A stretch of DNA of 64,000 nt from Erysipelotrichaceae bacterium (GTDB lineage: Bacteria > Bacillota_I > Bacilli_A > Erysipelotrichales > Erysipelotrichaceae), in NCBI GenBank assembly GCA_017404785.1, contig JAFRBQ010000008.1, forward strand, positions 104,212-168,211, read 5' to 3'. Positions 27,266 through 36,756 of this stretch are shown here, in pieces. The stretch's first letter is position 1. Every line of letters begins with the position of its first letter. The position numbers were made by a program, and so were the translations under genes. The notes below the pieces were generated by a model. That model did not search any database and was not told the DNA's origin. It saw nothing but the letters and a program-made list of their open reading frames with translations.

Positions 27266-28792
27266 ATGAAACTGAAGAAGATTATAAGAATACTGTTTAT
27301 TGTCATATTGTCATCGATCCTTTTTGCGTGCTCTGGTTTAGACAACAGCCAGAGCTTCACAACGATCGAAGAGCTCAATAACAGACGCATTGGCATCAAA
27401 CAGGGAACGATCTATGACGGCCTGACCAAGAGACTTTTTCCTGATGCCGAATATTTCTACTACAACAACAATACCGATCTGACCGCAGCTTTGAAAGGCC
27501 ACAAGATCGACGGCTTTGTTGCCGATGATGCGATCATCGATGAGATTATCAGGGAAAACCCGGAAGTCATGAAGATCGGCGAACATGTCACGAGTTTTGA
27601 TGTCGGTCTGGTCTTTGCGAAAAACGACAAGGGAAAGAAACTTTCCGAAATGATGAATGTCCTGCTCAAGGAACTGAAGGACAGCGGACAGATGGATGAG
27701 CTCTACAACAAATGGCTGAACTATGATTCAAATACTGAAATGCTGGACATAGATAAACTAAGTGGTGAAAACGGCACGATCATCCTGGCTACCCAGGTCG
27801 GTTCACCGCCTTTCAACATTCTGCTGAATGGAAAGATCGCCGGCTACGAGACTGAACTTACAGCACTGTTCTGCGAAAAGTACGGTTATAAACTGCAGAT
27901 CGATGAGATGTATTTTGACGGGCTTCTTTCAGCCGTGCAGACCGGCAAGGCTGATCTGGCGGCCGGCGGCATTGGCCGTACGGAAGAAAGATCCAAGTCT
28001 GTGATCTTCTCTGATGCGGATGCGATCATCTATGGCAGTGTGGCTGTACTGAAAAATGAATCAAATGGCCTTAACAGTTTTGTCGATTCATTCATCAACG
28101 GTTTTAGAGGAACATTTATCGTGGAAGATCGCTGGAAACTATTTGTGGAAGGCATTTTATCGACATTGACTATAACTCTGGCTTCGATTATTTTCGGAAC
28201 AGCACTTGGCTTTATCGTCTATACAAACACCAGGAACAATGAAGGTCTCATGCTTAAACTGGTCAGATCTTCGATCTGGGTCATTCAGGGCATGCCGGTA
28301 GTAGTGTTGCTGATGGTACTTTACTATATCATCTTTGGCAGAGTTTCGATCAGCGGTTTCTGGGTAGCGATCGTCGGTTTTTCTTTGACCTTTGGCTGTG
28401 CCGTCTTCAATATGCTTTCAGGAGCGGTAAAAACGATCGATAAAGGTCAGACTCAGGCAGCATTTACGCTAGGTTATCCTGAAAAACTGTCTTTCTACAG
28501 GATCATCCTTCCTCAGGCGATCAGATTCATCATGCCTTCATACAAGTCCGAGATCGTTTCTTTGATCAAGGCCACAGCGGTTGTCGGCTATATCGCCGTT
28601 CAGGATCTGACCAAGGTCGGAGACCAGATCAGGTCAAGGACCTATGAAGCCTTCTTTCCACTCATCGTCGTGACGATCCTTTACTTCGTTTTATCGGCTC
28701 TTCTTTCAGCTTTGATAAACAGGATCGATTTTGTATCCGATCTGAGAAAACGTTCTCCTGAGCAGATCCTGAAAGGAGTGAACAGAAAATGA
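27266..28792 (+). CDS. amino-acid ABC transporter, lipoprotein substrate-binding domain fused to the permease
   Basis: Lipobox LFAC. SBP_bac_3-like sequence (residues ~30-265) followed by a His/Glu/Gln/Arg-type permease (residues ~290-508). Confidence 0.8.
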   Translation: MKLKKIIRILFIVILSSILFACSGLDNSQSFTTIEELNNRRIGIKQGTIYDGLTKRLFPDAEYFYYNNNTDLTAALKGHKIDGFVADDAIIDEIIRENPEVMKIGEHVTSFDVGLVFAKNDKGKKLSEMMNVLLKELKDSGQMDELYNKWLNYDSNTEMLDIDKLSGENGTIILATQVGSPPFNILLNGKIAGYETELTALFCEKYGYKLQIDEMYFDGLLSAVQTGKADLAAGGIGRTEERSKSVIFSDADAIIYGSVAVLKNESNGLNSFVDSFINGFRGTFIVEDRWKLFVEGILSTLTITLASIIFGTALGFIVYTNTRNNEGLMLKLVRSSIWVIQGMPVVVLLMVLYYIIFGRVSISGFWVAIVGFSLTFGCAVFNMLSGAVKTIDKGQTQAAFTLGYPEKLSFYRIILPQAIRFIMPSYKSEIVSLIKATAVVGYIAVQDLTKVGDQIRSRTYEAFFPLIVVTILYFVLSALLSALINRIDFVSDLRKRSPEQILKGVNRK

Positions 28793-29874
28793 TAGAGATC
28801 GCAAATCTGACAAAGATCTATCGTGTCAATCCGATCATTAAAGATCTTTCTGTGACAATAGATGATGGTGAGATAATTTCCATAATCGGTCCTTCAGGAT
28901 GCGGCAAATCTACACTTATCAAGTGTATAAACATGCTGGAAAGACCGACTTCCGGCCAGATCTTCATCGATGGAGAAGAGATCACGGCACCGGGATATGA
29001 TCTGTGCAAAGTCGCCAGGAAAGCCGGTATGGTCTTCCAGTCCTTCAATCTGTTTGACCACATGACGGCGATCGAAAACATCATGATCCCGCAGGTGGAC
29101 ATCCTTAAAACAAGCAGGCAGGAAGCCTATGACAGAAGCGTTGAACTGCTTAAAAAAGTCAATCTTTCTTCCAAGGCCTTCAGTTATCCTGATCAGCTTT
29201 CCGGTGGCCAGAAGCAGCGTATCGCGATCGCCAGGACTCTGGCCATGGATCCGGAGATCATTCTTTTTGATGAACCGACCAGTGCCCTTGATCCGACGAT
29301 GGTCGATGAAGTAAAAGCCGTCATCAGAGATCTCACTCATTCCGGCAAGACGATGCTTATCGTTACCCACGACATGGATTTTGCCAGATCCATCAGCAGG
29401 CGTGTTTTCTACATGGATGAAGGCGGAATATATGAGCAAGGAGCTCCGGAAGAGATCTTTGTAGGTCCGAAAAGAGAAAAGACCAGGGAGTTCATCAATA
29501 AACTGAAAGTGCTCAACTTCTTGATCGATACAAAGGAATATGATTTCTATGGTGCCTATTCAAAGATCAATGAATACTGCATCAAGAATCAGATCTCCTA
29601 TATTAAGACCAATCATATTCAATCAATATTTGAAGAACTCACTCAGGGCATTCTCATGAACAGACTTGATGAATATAATGTAAACTTCAAAGTCATCTAT
29701 TCGCAGAAGGAAAATGAAGTTGAGATCCAGACCTTGTATGGCAAGGAAGCTTTAAATGTCATGGAAGAAAATGAAGGCCTTTCAGCCAGGATGATCAGAG
29801 CTTTTTCTTCTTCGATCAGATATGAAAATACCAAAGGAGAATACGCCAACAGCCTCTATATAAAAGTTGAGTGA
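28789..29874 (+). CDS. amino-acid ABC transporter ATP-binding protein with a ~115-aa C-terminal extension
   Basis: ATGA overlap. GPSGCGKST, LSGGQKQR, ILFDEPTSALD. A GlnQ-type core of ~245 aa plus an extra domain. Confidence 0.85.
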   Translation: MIEIANLTKIYRVNPIIKDLSVTIDDGEIISIIGPSGCGKSTLIKCINMLERPTSGQIFIDGEEITAPGYDLCKVARKAGMVFQSFNLFDHMTAIENIMIPQVDILKTSRQEAYDRSVELLKKVNLSSKAFSYPDQLSGGQKQRIAIARTLAMDPEIILFDEPTSALDPTMVDEVKAVIRDLTHSGKTMLIVTHDMDFARSISRRVFYMDEGGIYEQGAPEEIFVGPKREKTREFINKLKVLNFLIDTKEYDFYGAYSKINEYCIKNQISYIKTNHIQSIFEELTQGILMNRLDEYNVNFKVIYSQKENEVEIQTLYGKEALNVMEENEGLSARMIRAFSSSIRYENTKGEYANSLYIKVE

Positions 29875-29882
29875 TCTTCTTC

Positions 29883-29912
29883 TTGACAAGGATATTTTTC
29901 TGGCGTTAGTAT
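29883..29912 (+). promoter_or_regulatory. candidate pyrG promoter
   Basis: TTGACA (29883-29888), 18-nt spacer, TAGTAT (29907-29912). Confidence 0.4.
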
Positions 29913-30045
29913 AAATAAGTATTTAATTGTACGGCCGTACAACAGATAATGTTTCCATGGGTTGATAGGTCATGGAAGATGGTTTTGAAACCCCATCATT
30001 AACAACACCGCTGAGGAGTTGTTTTTATTTTATTCGGAGGGCCAT

Positions 30046-31659
30046 ATGACTAAATTCATTTTTGTAACAGGTGGCGTTGTATCAGGACTTGGCAAGGGTA
30101 TAACGGCTGCATCTTTGGGAAGATTGCTTAAAGCCAGGGGATTGAAGGTCGCATCCATGAAATTGGATCCCTATATCAATGTGGATCCCGGGACCATGTC
30201 GCCCTATCAGCATGGTGAAGTCTATGTCACGGAAGATGGTGCTGAGACTGATCTTGATCTGGGACATTACGAAAGATTCATCAACGAAGATCTCAATAAA
30301 TATTCCAATCTGACGACCGGCAAGGTCTACTGGAATGTTCTTAATAAGGAAAGAAAAGGGGAATATCTGGGCAAGACGGTGCAGGTCATTCCACATATCA
30401 CCAATGAGATCAAGGAATTCATCTATAAAGCAGCCAACAAAAACGATCCGGATGTTCTGATTTGTGAAGTAGGCGGCACGATCGGCGACATTGAATCGCA
30501 GCCTTTCATCGAAGCCATCAGACAGATCGGACTGGAAGTAGGACTTGACAATACATGCTACATCCATGTGACGCTCATACCTTATCTTGAATGTTCCAGG
30601 GAGCACAAAAGCAAGCCGACTCAGCATTCCGTCAAGGAATTACAGGGCATGGGCATCAAACCGAATATCATCGTTCTAAGATGTTCAAAGCATCTGGAGA
30701 AGGATATCTTTGAAAAGATCGCACTTTTCTGCAACATCCCTAAGGAGTGCGTCTTTGAAAACAAGACGATCCCAATCCTTTATGAGATCCCATTGCTTCT
30801 TGAGAAGCAGCACCTTGGTGATGTGGTATGTTCGATCCTGGGCATCAAAGCCAAAGAAGCTGACCTGACAAAATGGAAGGATATGATCCATAAGGCCAAA
30901 CATCCAAAGTACAGCATCACGATCGGCATGGTAGGAAAGTATGTGAAGCTTCATGATGCCTATCTTTCGATCGTTGAAGCTCTGACTCATGCCGGATACG
31001 CCAACAGCTGCAAGGTAAAGATCAAGTGGATCGATTCAGAGACTGTAAGTGAAGAAAACGTTGCAGAAAAACTGAAAGACTGCAATGGCGTCATCGTTCC
31101 CGGTGGCTTTGGAGACAGAGGCATCGAAGGCATGATCATTACAGCAGGTTATTGCCGGAAAAACAATATCCCGTATCTGGGCATCTGCCTGGGCATGCAG
31201 ATAGCGGTTATCGAATTTGCCAGAAACGTCTGTAACATGAAGGATGCCAATTCAAGAGAATTTGATCCGCAAAGTGAAAACAAAGTCATCGATTTCCTTC
31301 CGGATCAAAGCGATTATAGAGATAAAGGCGGAACTTTGAGACTTGGTTCCTATGACTGCAGACTCAAAGAGGGAACGCTGATCAGACAACTCTATCAGAA
31401 ACAGGACATCAAGGAAAGACACCGCCATCGCTATGAGTTCAACAACGAATATCGGAAGATACTCGAAGAAAACGGCATGGTGCTTTCCGGAACTTCTTTT
31501 GACGAATACATCGTGGAAACGATGGAATACAAAGACAATGATTATTTCATCGGTGTTCAGTTCCATCCGGAATTCAAATCCCGTTTCCAGAAACCTCATC
31601 CACTGTTCAAGGGTTTGCTGAAAACAGCACTTGAGAAGAAATACGGTGAAGATCTATAA
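30046..31659 (+). CDS. pyrG: CTP synthase
   Basis: [19 protein letters not shown]-terminus after GGAGGG. Glutaminase domain GICLGMQ and HRHRYE. Confidence 0.95.
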   Translation: MTKFIFVTGGVVSGLGKGITAASLGRLLKARGLKVASMKLDPYINVDPGTMSPYQHGEVYVTEDGAETDLDLGHYERFINEDLNKYSNLTTGKVYWNVLNKERKGEYLGKTVQVIPHITNEIKEFIYKAANKNDPDVLICEVGGTIGDIESQPFIEAIRQIGLEVGLDNTCYIHVTLIPYLECSREHKSKPTQHSVKELQGMGIKPNIIVLRCSKHLEKDIFEKIALFCNIPKECVFENKTIPILYEIPLLLEKQHLGDVVCSILGIKAKEADLTKWKDMIHKAKHPKYSITIGMVGKYVKLHDAYLSIVEALTHAGYANSCKVKIKWIDSETVSEENVAEKLKDCNGVIVPGGFGDRGIEGMIITAGYCRKNNIPYLGICLGMQIAVIEFARNVCNMKDANSREFDPQSENKVIDFLPDQSDYRDKGGTLRLGSYDCRLKEGTLIRQLYQKQDIKERHRHRYEFNNEYRKILEENGMVLSGTSFDEYIVETMEYKDNDYFIGVQFHPEFKSRFQKPHPLFKGLLKTALEKKYGEDL

Positions 31660-31662
31660 AAC

Positions 31663-31688
31663 AGACAGATCAGATGATCTGTCTTTTT
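31663..31688 (+). terminator. intrinsic terminator
   Basis: AGACAGATC / GATCTGTCT stem followed by TTTT. Confidence 0.7.
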
Positions 31689-31764
31689 ATGTCTTCGGGG
31701 AAACAAGAAGATATAATGAAAGTAAGAAAAAGCAGACAATAATTTGAAAACAGGAGGTAATGAA

Positions 31765-32583
31765 GTGATTCGCTATCGCAAAACTGAACCTCTCTATGAT
31801 GAGGAGGGCAGACTTCGTTTCACGGGACTAAGACCAGGTGATCTGGCCAAGACGGTCTTGCTTCCGGGAGATCCCCATCGCTGTGAGCTTATTTCCAGAC
31901 AATTCAGGGATGCAAGATTCATAGGCCAGCGCAGCACCTTTGCGGCATATACCGGTTTTACGGAAAACGGAACACCGGTTTCAGTAGTATCCAGCGGCAT
32001 GGGCTGCATGTGCGTTTCTTTAGCTATGGAAGAATTCGCTCATCTGGGAGTTGAGAATGTCATCAGAGTCGGGACCTGTGCCGGCCTTCAGCCCGATATT
32101 GCTCCGGGCACGATCTCGATCGCTACCGGCTGCGTCAGGGGCGAGGGAGCATCTTTGGAATATGTGCCGATCGAATATCCGGCTGTTGCGGACTATCGAC
32201 TGGTGAGCTGTCTGAAAGACGCTGCTGAAGAGCTCAAGGAGAACTATATCCTTGGCCTGTACAGATCTCATGATGCCTTCTATATGGAATCGATGGCTGC
32301 CCATGAAGGGCTCTGGGACAGGATGGATCTATGGCAGGCAGCCAATGTCGTAAGTGAAGAAAATGAAAGTGGAACACTGTTCCCATTAGGTTATCTGTTG
32401 GGCATCAGAGCAGCGAGTGCCTGTGTGGTATTGGGGTATATGCTGGCAGACCATGATCCAAACGGTCTGAGCAATTATCCGGTCTATGGCGATCCGGCCT
32501 ATCTTGAACAGCGGGTCAATGCGGAGACAAAGATCATCTTGAAAGCTGTTGATCTTCTGGAGGAAAGACAGTATGAAATTTAA
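31765..32583 (+). CDS. PNP/UDP-family nucleoside phosphorylase (uridine-phosphorylase-like), paralogue 1
   Basis: GTG at 31765 lies 7 nt after AGGAGG. Phosphate-site motifs LPGDPHR and RVGTCAG. ENESGTLF. Confidence 0.75.
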   Translation: MIRYRKTEPLYDEEGRLRFTGLRPGDLAKTVLLPGDPHRCELISRQFRDARFIGQRSTFAAYTGFTENGTPVSVVSSGMGCMCVSLAMEEFAHLGVENVIRVGTCAGLQPDIAPGTISIATGCVRGEGASLEYVPIEYPAVADYRLVSCLKDAAEELKENYILGLYRSHDAFYMESMAAHEGLWDRMDLWQAANVVSEENESGTLFPLGYLLGIRAASACVVLGYMLADHDPNGLSNYPVYGDPAYLEQRVNAETKIILKAVDLLEERQYEI

Positions 32584-33325
32584 GAGTATGAAGATGACCC
32601 TGGTCGATGGAGGAATGCATCATCTTGGTGCGAAGAAAGAAGATGTAAGAGAAACTATGATCCTGACCAGTTCGATCGAAGAGACTAAGGAAGTCGCAAA
32701 ACATTTAATAGATGCCAAAGAAACAGCTTCCCATCGTGAATATCTCACCTATGTCGGTACAAGGAATGATAAGGAACTTGGCTGCATCTCGATCGGCCAT
32801 GGCTGCATGCCGATGGCGATCGCAGTTGAAGAACTCAATCATCTGGATGTAAAAACGATCGTCAAGCTTGGACAGATCCAGGCTATTCAAAAAGGCATAA
32901 AACCGGGAACCATCATCATTCCGAGTGGTGCTGTAAGATCGGAAGGAGCCAGCAGAGAATATGTACCAGATGCCTATCCGGCCTGTGGTGATATTCCTTT
33001 GATCGACAGATTGAACAGAGCTTTAAATAAAGCGGGCCTGAATGTCATGGTCGGTCTAATCAGAAGTCATGATGCCTACTACGCTGAACAGCCTGGTGAT
33101 CCCGAAGGTTTATCAAAGATCGAAAAGTGGGCAAAACTTGGCGTTCTGGGAAATGAACATGAGTGTTCAGCCATGTTTGTGCTCTCCGAGATCTTCAGGA
33201 TCCATGCGGCTGCCGCTTTGATCGTAAAGGAGAATATCGCTGATGGCACAGCACTTTCAGAAGATGAATACCGCAGACTCAACGATATGGTCAATGAAAT
33301 AATCACAGAAACAATGAGTCGATAG
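32573..33325 (+). CDS. PNP/UDP-family paralogue 2 with a degenerate phosphate-binding site
   Basis: ATG at 32573 lies 9 nt after GGAGG and overlaps paralogue 1 by 11 nt. ILTSSIEE replaces LPGDPxR, and KLGQIQA replaces RxGTCG. Confidence 0.7.
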   Translation: MKFKSMKMTLVDGGMHHLGAKKEDVRETMILTSSIEETKEVAKHLIDAKETASHREYLTYVGTRNDKELGCISIGHGCMPMAIAVEELNHLDVKTIVKLGQIQAIQKGIKPGTIIIPSGAVRSEGASREYVPDAYPACGDIPLIDRLNRALNKAGLNVMVGLIRSHDAYYAEQPGDPEGLSKIEKWAKLGVLGNEHECSAMFVLSEIFRIHAAAALIVKENIADGTALSEDEYRRLNDMVNEIITETMSR

Positions 33326-33360
33326 AAGCTAAAATAAAATTGTAGATACGGAGAAGAATA

Positions 33361-33798
33361 ATGAGTAATGAAGAATTGATAAGACTGGCTTTTGAGGCCA
33401 GAGAAAAAGCCTATGCGCCTTATTCAAACTGGAAAGTCGGTGCTGCTTTGCTGACGGAAAGTGGCAAGGTCTATCTGGGCTGCAACATTGAAAACAGCGG
33501 GTTTACAGCTACCGTCTGTGCCGAGAGAACAGCTTTCTTCAAGGCGATCTCTGAAGGAATCTATGATTTTTCAAAGATCGCTGTTGTTGCCGGAGACGCA
33601 GAAAAAGGATCACAGGGCTATTGCACACCTTGCGGCGTCTGCCGCCAGGTCATGACAGAATTCTGTGATCCGGATAAGTTCAGGATATTGTGTGCCAAAT
33701 CGGAAAGCGAGTATCACGAGTTCTCATTAAGGGAGATGATCCCTGAATGCAACTACGTGATCGCCAAGGACGGTTACGGTTTCAAGGCTCAGAACTGA
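33361..33798 (+). CDS. cdd: cytidine deaminase
   Basis: Zinc motifs CAERTA and TPCGVCRQ. 145 aa. Confidence 0.9.
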   Translation: MSNEELIRLAFEAREKAYAPYSNWKVGAALLTESGKVYLGCNIENSGFTATVCAERTAFFKAISEGIYDFSKIAVVAGDAEKGSQGYCTPCGVCRQVMTEFCDPDKFRILCAKSESEYHEFSLREMIPECNYVIAKDGYGFKAQN

Positions 33799-34782
33799 TT
33801 AATGGTTATTAAGTTCATCGATAAGGATACGATGAACTTTTTCTTTATCCATATGATAGATGACCTGCACCGGGTTTTTCTTTTCAAACATGCCCCTGCG
33901 GTCAACTACCATCTGACCATCGGCCATACCGCCTGAGATGTCCACATGGACGACTTCATTTCTTTTGTCGGTAATGACACTTTCATCGATCAAAGGAGCT
34001 ACAGCAGCAAAATCATAGACGCAACAATTGTCGATATTGTTTTTGAAAAGGATATTGCAGCGATCGATATAGCCATGAAGTTCATCATAGATGAAATCGG
34101 CGATCGCATTATCTGTGTTCTTTATTTCTTCAAGATCTTCAGGAGTATAGGTGACAGCTTCTTCGCATGCCTCGATCGGACAGATCAGACATCTGGCTCC
34201 CGAAGTGAGAACGATCTCTGCTGCTTCAGGGTCATCGTAGAAGTTTGCTTCAGCAAGCGGGGTCCTGTTTCCAATATACAGACCGCCACCCATGATGTAG
34301 ATGGTTCCGATGTTATCGATAATATCAGGATCAAGTCTGATAGCCATGCCCAGATTTGTAAGCGGACCAACAGCACAGATATCGATCTTTTCTTTCGCAT
34401 GTCTCAAGGTATCGACCAGATATGATACCGCATGCATCTCTTCGGTCTTCTTTTCAGGCAAAGGAAGTCTGAATGATCTTTCGTGGATCAGGATCTCCTC
34501 ATCCTCGATCTTCATTCTGATCCTTTGCATCAGGGTATTATAGTCGCGACCTTTCAGCATGTCTCTGACGATCGGCGTATTGCAGCCTTTGTAGACAGGT
34601 ATGTCTTTGTTGCAGAGTTTCAGTACCTTGAGGGCATTCTTAGCTACATCATCGACCTGGATATTGCCTTTGACACAGGTTATGGCCATTATATCGATAT
34701 CATCATTCAGCAATAAGGCGATCAGCGCCACCGCATCATCACAGCCGATATCACAGTCGAATATGACTTTTCTTTTATCCAT
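33799..34782 (-). CDS. nucleoside hydrolase (IUNH family)
   Basis: N-terminal aspartate cluster FDCDIGCDDA. The size and body are typical of inosine-uridine-preferring hydrolases. Confidence 0.85.
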   Translation of the reverse strand: MDKRKVIFDCDIGCDDAVALIALLLNDDIDIMAITCVKGNIQVDDVAKNALKVLKLCNKDIPVYKGCNTPIVRDMLKGRDYNTLMQRIRMKIEDEEILIHERSFRLPLPEKKTEEMHAVSYLVDTLRHAKEKIDICAVGPLTNLGMAIRLDPDIIDNIGTIYIMGGGLYIGNRTPLAEANFYDDPEAAEIVLTSGARCLICPIEACEEAVTYTPEDLEEIKNTDNAIADFIYDELHGYIDRCNILFKNNIDNCCVYDFAAVAPLIDESVITDKRNEVVHVDISGGMADGQMVVDRRGMFEKKNPVQVIYHMDKEKVHRILIDELNNH

Positions 34783-34872
34783 ACTATCGTTTATCTCCCC
34801 GTAAACTAATCATAGCACATTAAATCTCAAGCCTTTCTTTCGCAAGGGAAAAGATGTTGTATTATAGAATAA

Positions 34873-35958
34873 ATGGGTGTTAAGTTTACGGTTGCCTCTA
34901 CGGAAATAGCTGTCACCATCATGATGTTCGTGATGGTCTTTCTGATGCCGCTGTGTGATCACATCATCTGTTCAAAACTGGGGCTAAATTTAAGAGATGG
35001 CGTAAGCGAGAATCCAATTGCCGATAAACTGCTGCACATCCGCAAGCGGATACTGATCTATATCTTCCTGGCTTATCTGGCTTTATTGAGCTATGTGGCA
35101 TTTTTTTCAAGATCGGCCGCTCAGGATTATCTGCTGCATATCAATTTCTATGAAGATCTGAGCAATTCCGTCAAGATCGACTACGGTATCCTTGAACTTA
35201 TAAAACTTTTCTTCACCAAGGGACCGGCTGAAGCATTGAGCCATGTCAAGATCGTCAACATGGACGATCTGATGCAGGTGTATCTCAATGTCGTCATGTT
35301 TGTGCCGATGGGTTATCTCCTGCCGTATGTCTTTGACTGGTATAGACGCAGCCACATGATCGCCAAAGTCGTCTTGACGAGTTTTCTGACTTCACTGCTG
35401 ATCGAAAATATCCAGCTGATAACCAAACTTGGTTTCTATGACTGCGATGATCTGATATCAAATACTCTAGGTGGCTTTTTAGGCGCATGTTTCTATATCA
35501 TGTTTGCCTATGTTCTGGTCCATCCCGATTTCCGCAAGGAATTCTGGAGCAGGCGTCTTTGGCGTTTCAGATCAAGAGGAACAGCTTTCCATCCGTATTA
35601 TCACAAGATCCATGTTTCAAGGATCACCATCTACGCTCATGATAGAGAAGAAGTCAAGGAGTTCTATGTGAAGAAGCTGGGCTTCCGTTTAAGAAGCAGC
35701 ATCGATCAAAGTGAAGAAGAAACGGACTACCTGTTTGATTTCGGCAGGAATCAGATCGAGGTCCGCTGTTCGCCAGCCTATAAGGATCTGCCTTTGCAGA
35801 ATATCGTTCTGGCCTGCAACAATTCCGAATATCTCAGAAGAGATCTTGAAAAACATGGCATCGACTGTAGTATTTATCAGGAAGATCCATATACAGGTCT
35901 GAGGATCTTTACCTTCATGGGACCTGATGAAGTTTACTTTACGATAATAGAAGAATAA
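34873..35958 (+). CDS. VanZ-like membrane domain fused to a VOC/glyoxalase-fold domain
   Basis: VanZ signature (MFVPMGYLLP, DCDDLISNTLGGFLG). The C-terminal ~120 aa (ITIYAHDREEVKEFYVKKLGFRL...) has a beta-alpha-beta-beta-beta glyoxalase-like pattern. Confidence 0.6.
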   Translation: MGVKFTVASTEIAVTIMMFVMVFLMPLCDHIICSKLGLNLRDGVSENPIADKLLHIRKRILIYIFLAYLALLSYVAFFSRSAAQDYLLHINFYEDLSNSVKIDYGILELIKLFFTKGPAEALSHVKIVNMDDLMQVYLNVVMFVPMGYLLPYVFDWYRRSHMIAKVVLTSFLTSLLIENIQLITKLGFYDCDDLISNTLGGFLGACFYIMFAYVLVHPDFRKEFWSRRLWRFRSRGTAFHPYYHKIHVSRITIYAHDREEVKEFYVKKLGFRLRSSIDQSEEETDYLFDFGRNQIEVRCSPAYKDLPLQNIVLACNNSEYLRRDLEKHGIDCSIYQEDPYTGLRIFTFMGPDEVYFTIIEE

Positions 35959-35970
35959 AGGAAGTGATAT

Positions 35971-36744
35971 ATGAACAGAGATATAGTTTTCGAAGGCATC
36001 GGCAATGCCAGAGATATGGGCGGCTTAAAGACAAAAGATGGAAAGACCATCAGAAGCCATGCCCTGATCAGAAGTGCCAAGCTGTCCAGTGCCAATCATC
36101 GCGATGAAAAGAAGCTGAAAGAAGAATACCGTTTAAAAAAGATCATTGATCTAAGAACTCCGACTGAGAGAATGGAAAAACCCGATGCCTACATCGATGG
36201 TGCGCAGTATCTGCCATTACCGGTCTTTAAATCCGCAACAGCCGGCATATCTCACGAAGAAGAGGTCAAGATGCTGGAAGAGGCAGGGGGGCTTTCTCCT
36301 TTCTACTATTACATGGTCATTGATGAAGATTGCCGTCATAATTTTAATACGATCTTAAGTGAGATATTCTCTTTCCCGTATGAACAGGGCTCAGTACTGT
36401 GGCATTGCACCGAAGGAAAAGATCGGTGTGGCCTTGTGAGTGCCTTTGTCTTGCTGGCTTTGGGTGTAGATCTTGAAGAAGTGAAGAAAGACTATGATCT
36501 TACAAACAGAGTCAATGAGATCAAAGCCAAAAAGTATTATGATGCCATTATTGAAGATGGTGGACCAATCGAAAAAGCGGAATATGTCAGAGATGTGTAT
36601 CTGGCTAAACCGGAATATCTTGAGACTTCACTTGATGCAATCATAAACAACTACAAAGATTTTGACACATACTTTGAAAAAGGTCTGAATATAGATAGAA
36701 AACTGATAGAATACTTCAGGAACAATATCCTGGTTGATGAATAG
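35971..36744 (+). CDS. protein-tyrosine phosphatase (Y_phosphatase3-like)
   Basis: CX5R active-site loop HCTEGKDRCG. Confidence 0.75.
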   Translation: MNRDIVFEGIGNARDMGGLKTKDGKTIRSHALIRSAKLSSANHRDEKKLKEEYRLKKIIDLRTPTERMEKPDAYIDGAQYLPLPVFKSATAGISHEEEVKMLEEAGGLSPFYYYMVIDEDCRHNFNTILSEIFSFPYEQGSVLWHCTEGKDRCGLVSAFVLLALGVDLEEVKKDYDLTNRVNEIKAKKYYDAIIEDGGPIEKAEYVRDVYLAKPEYLETSLDAIINNYKDFDTYFEKGLNIDRKLIEYFRNNILVDE

Positions 36745-36756
36745 GAGGTATCAGTT

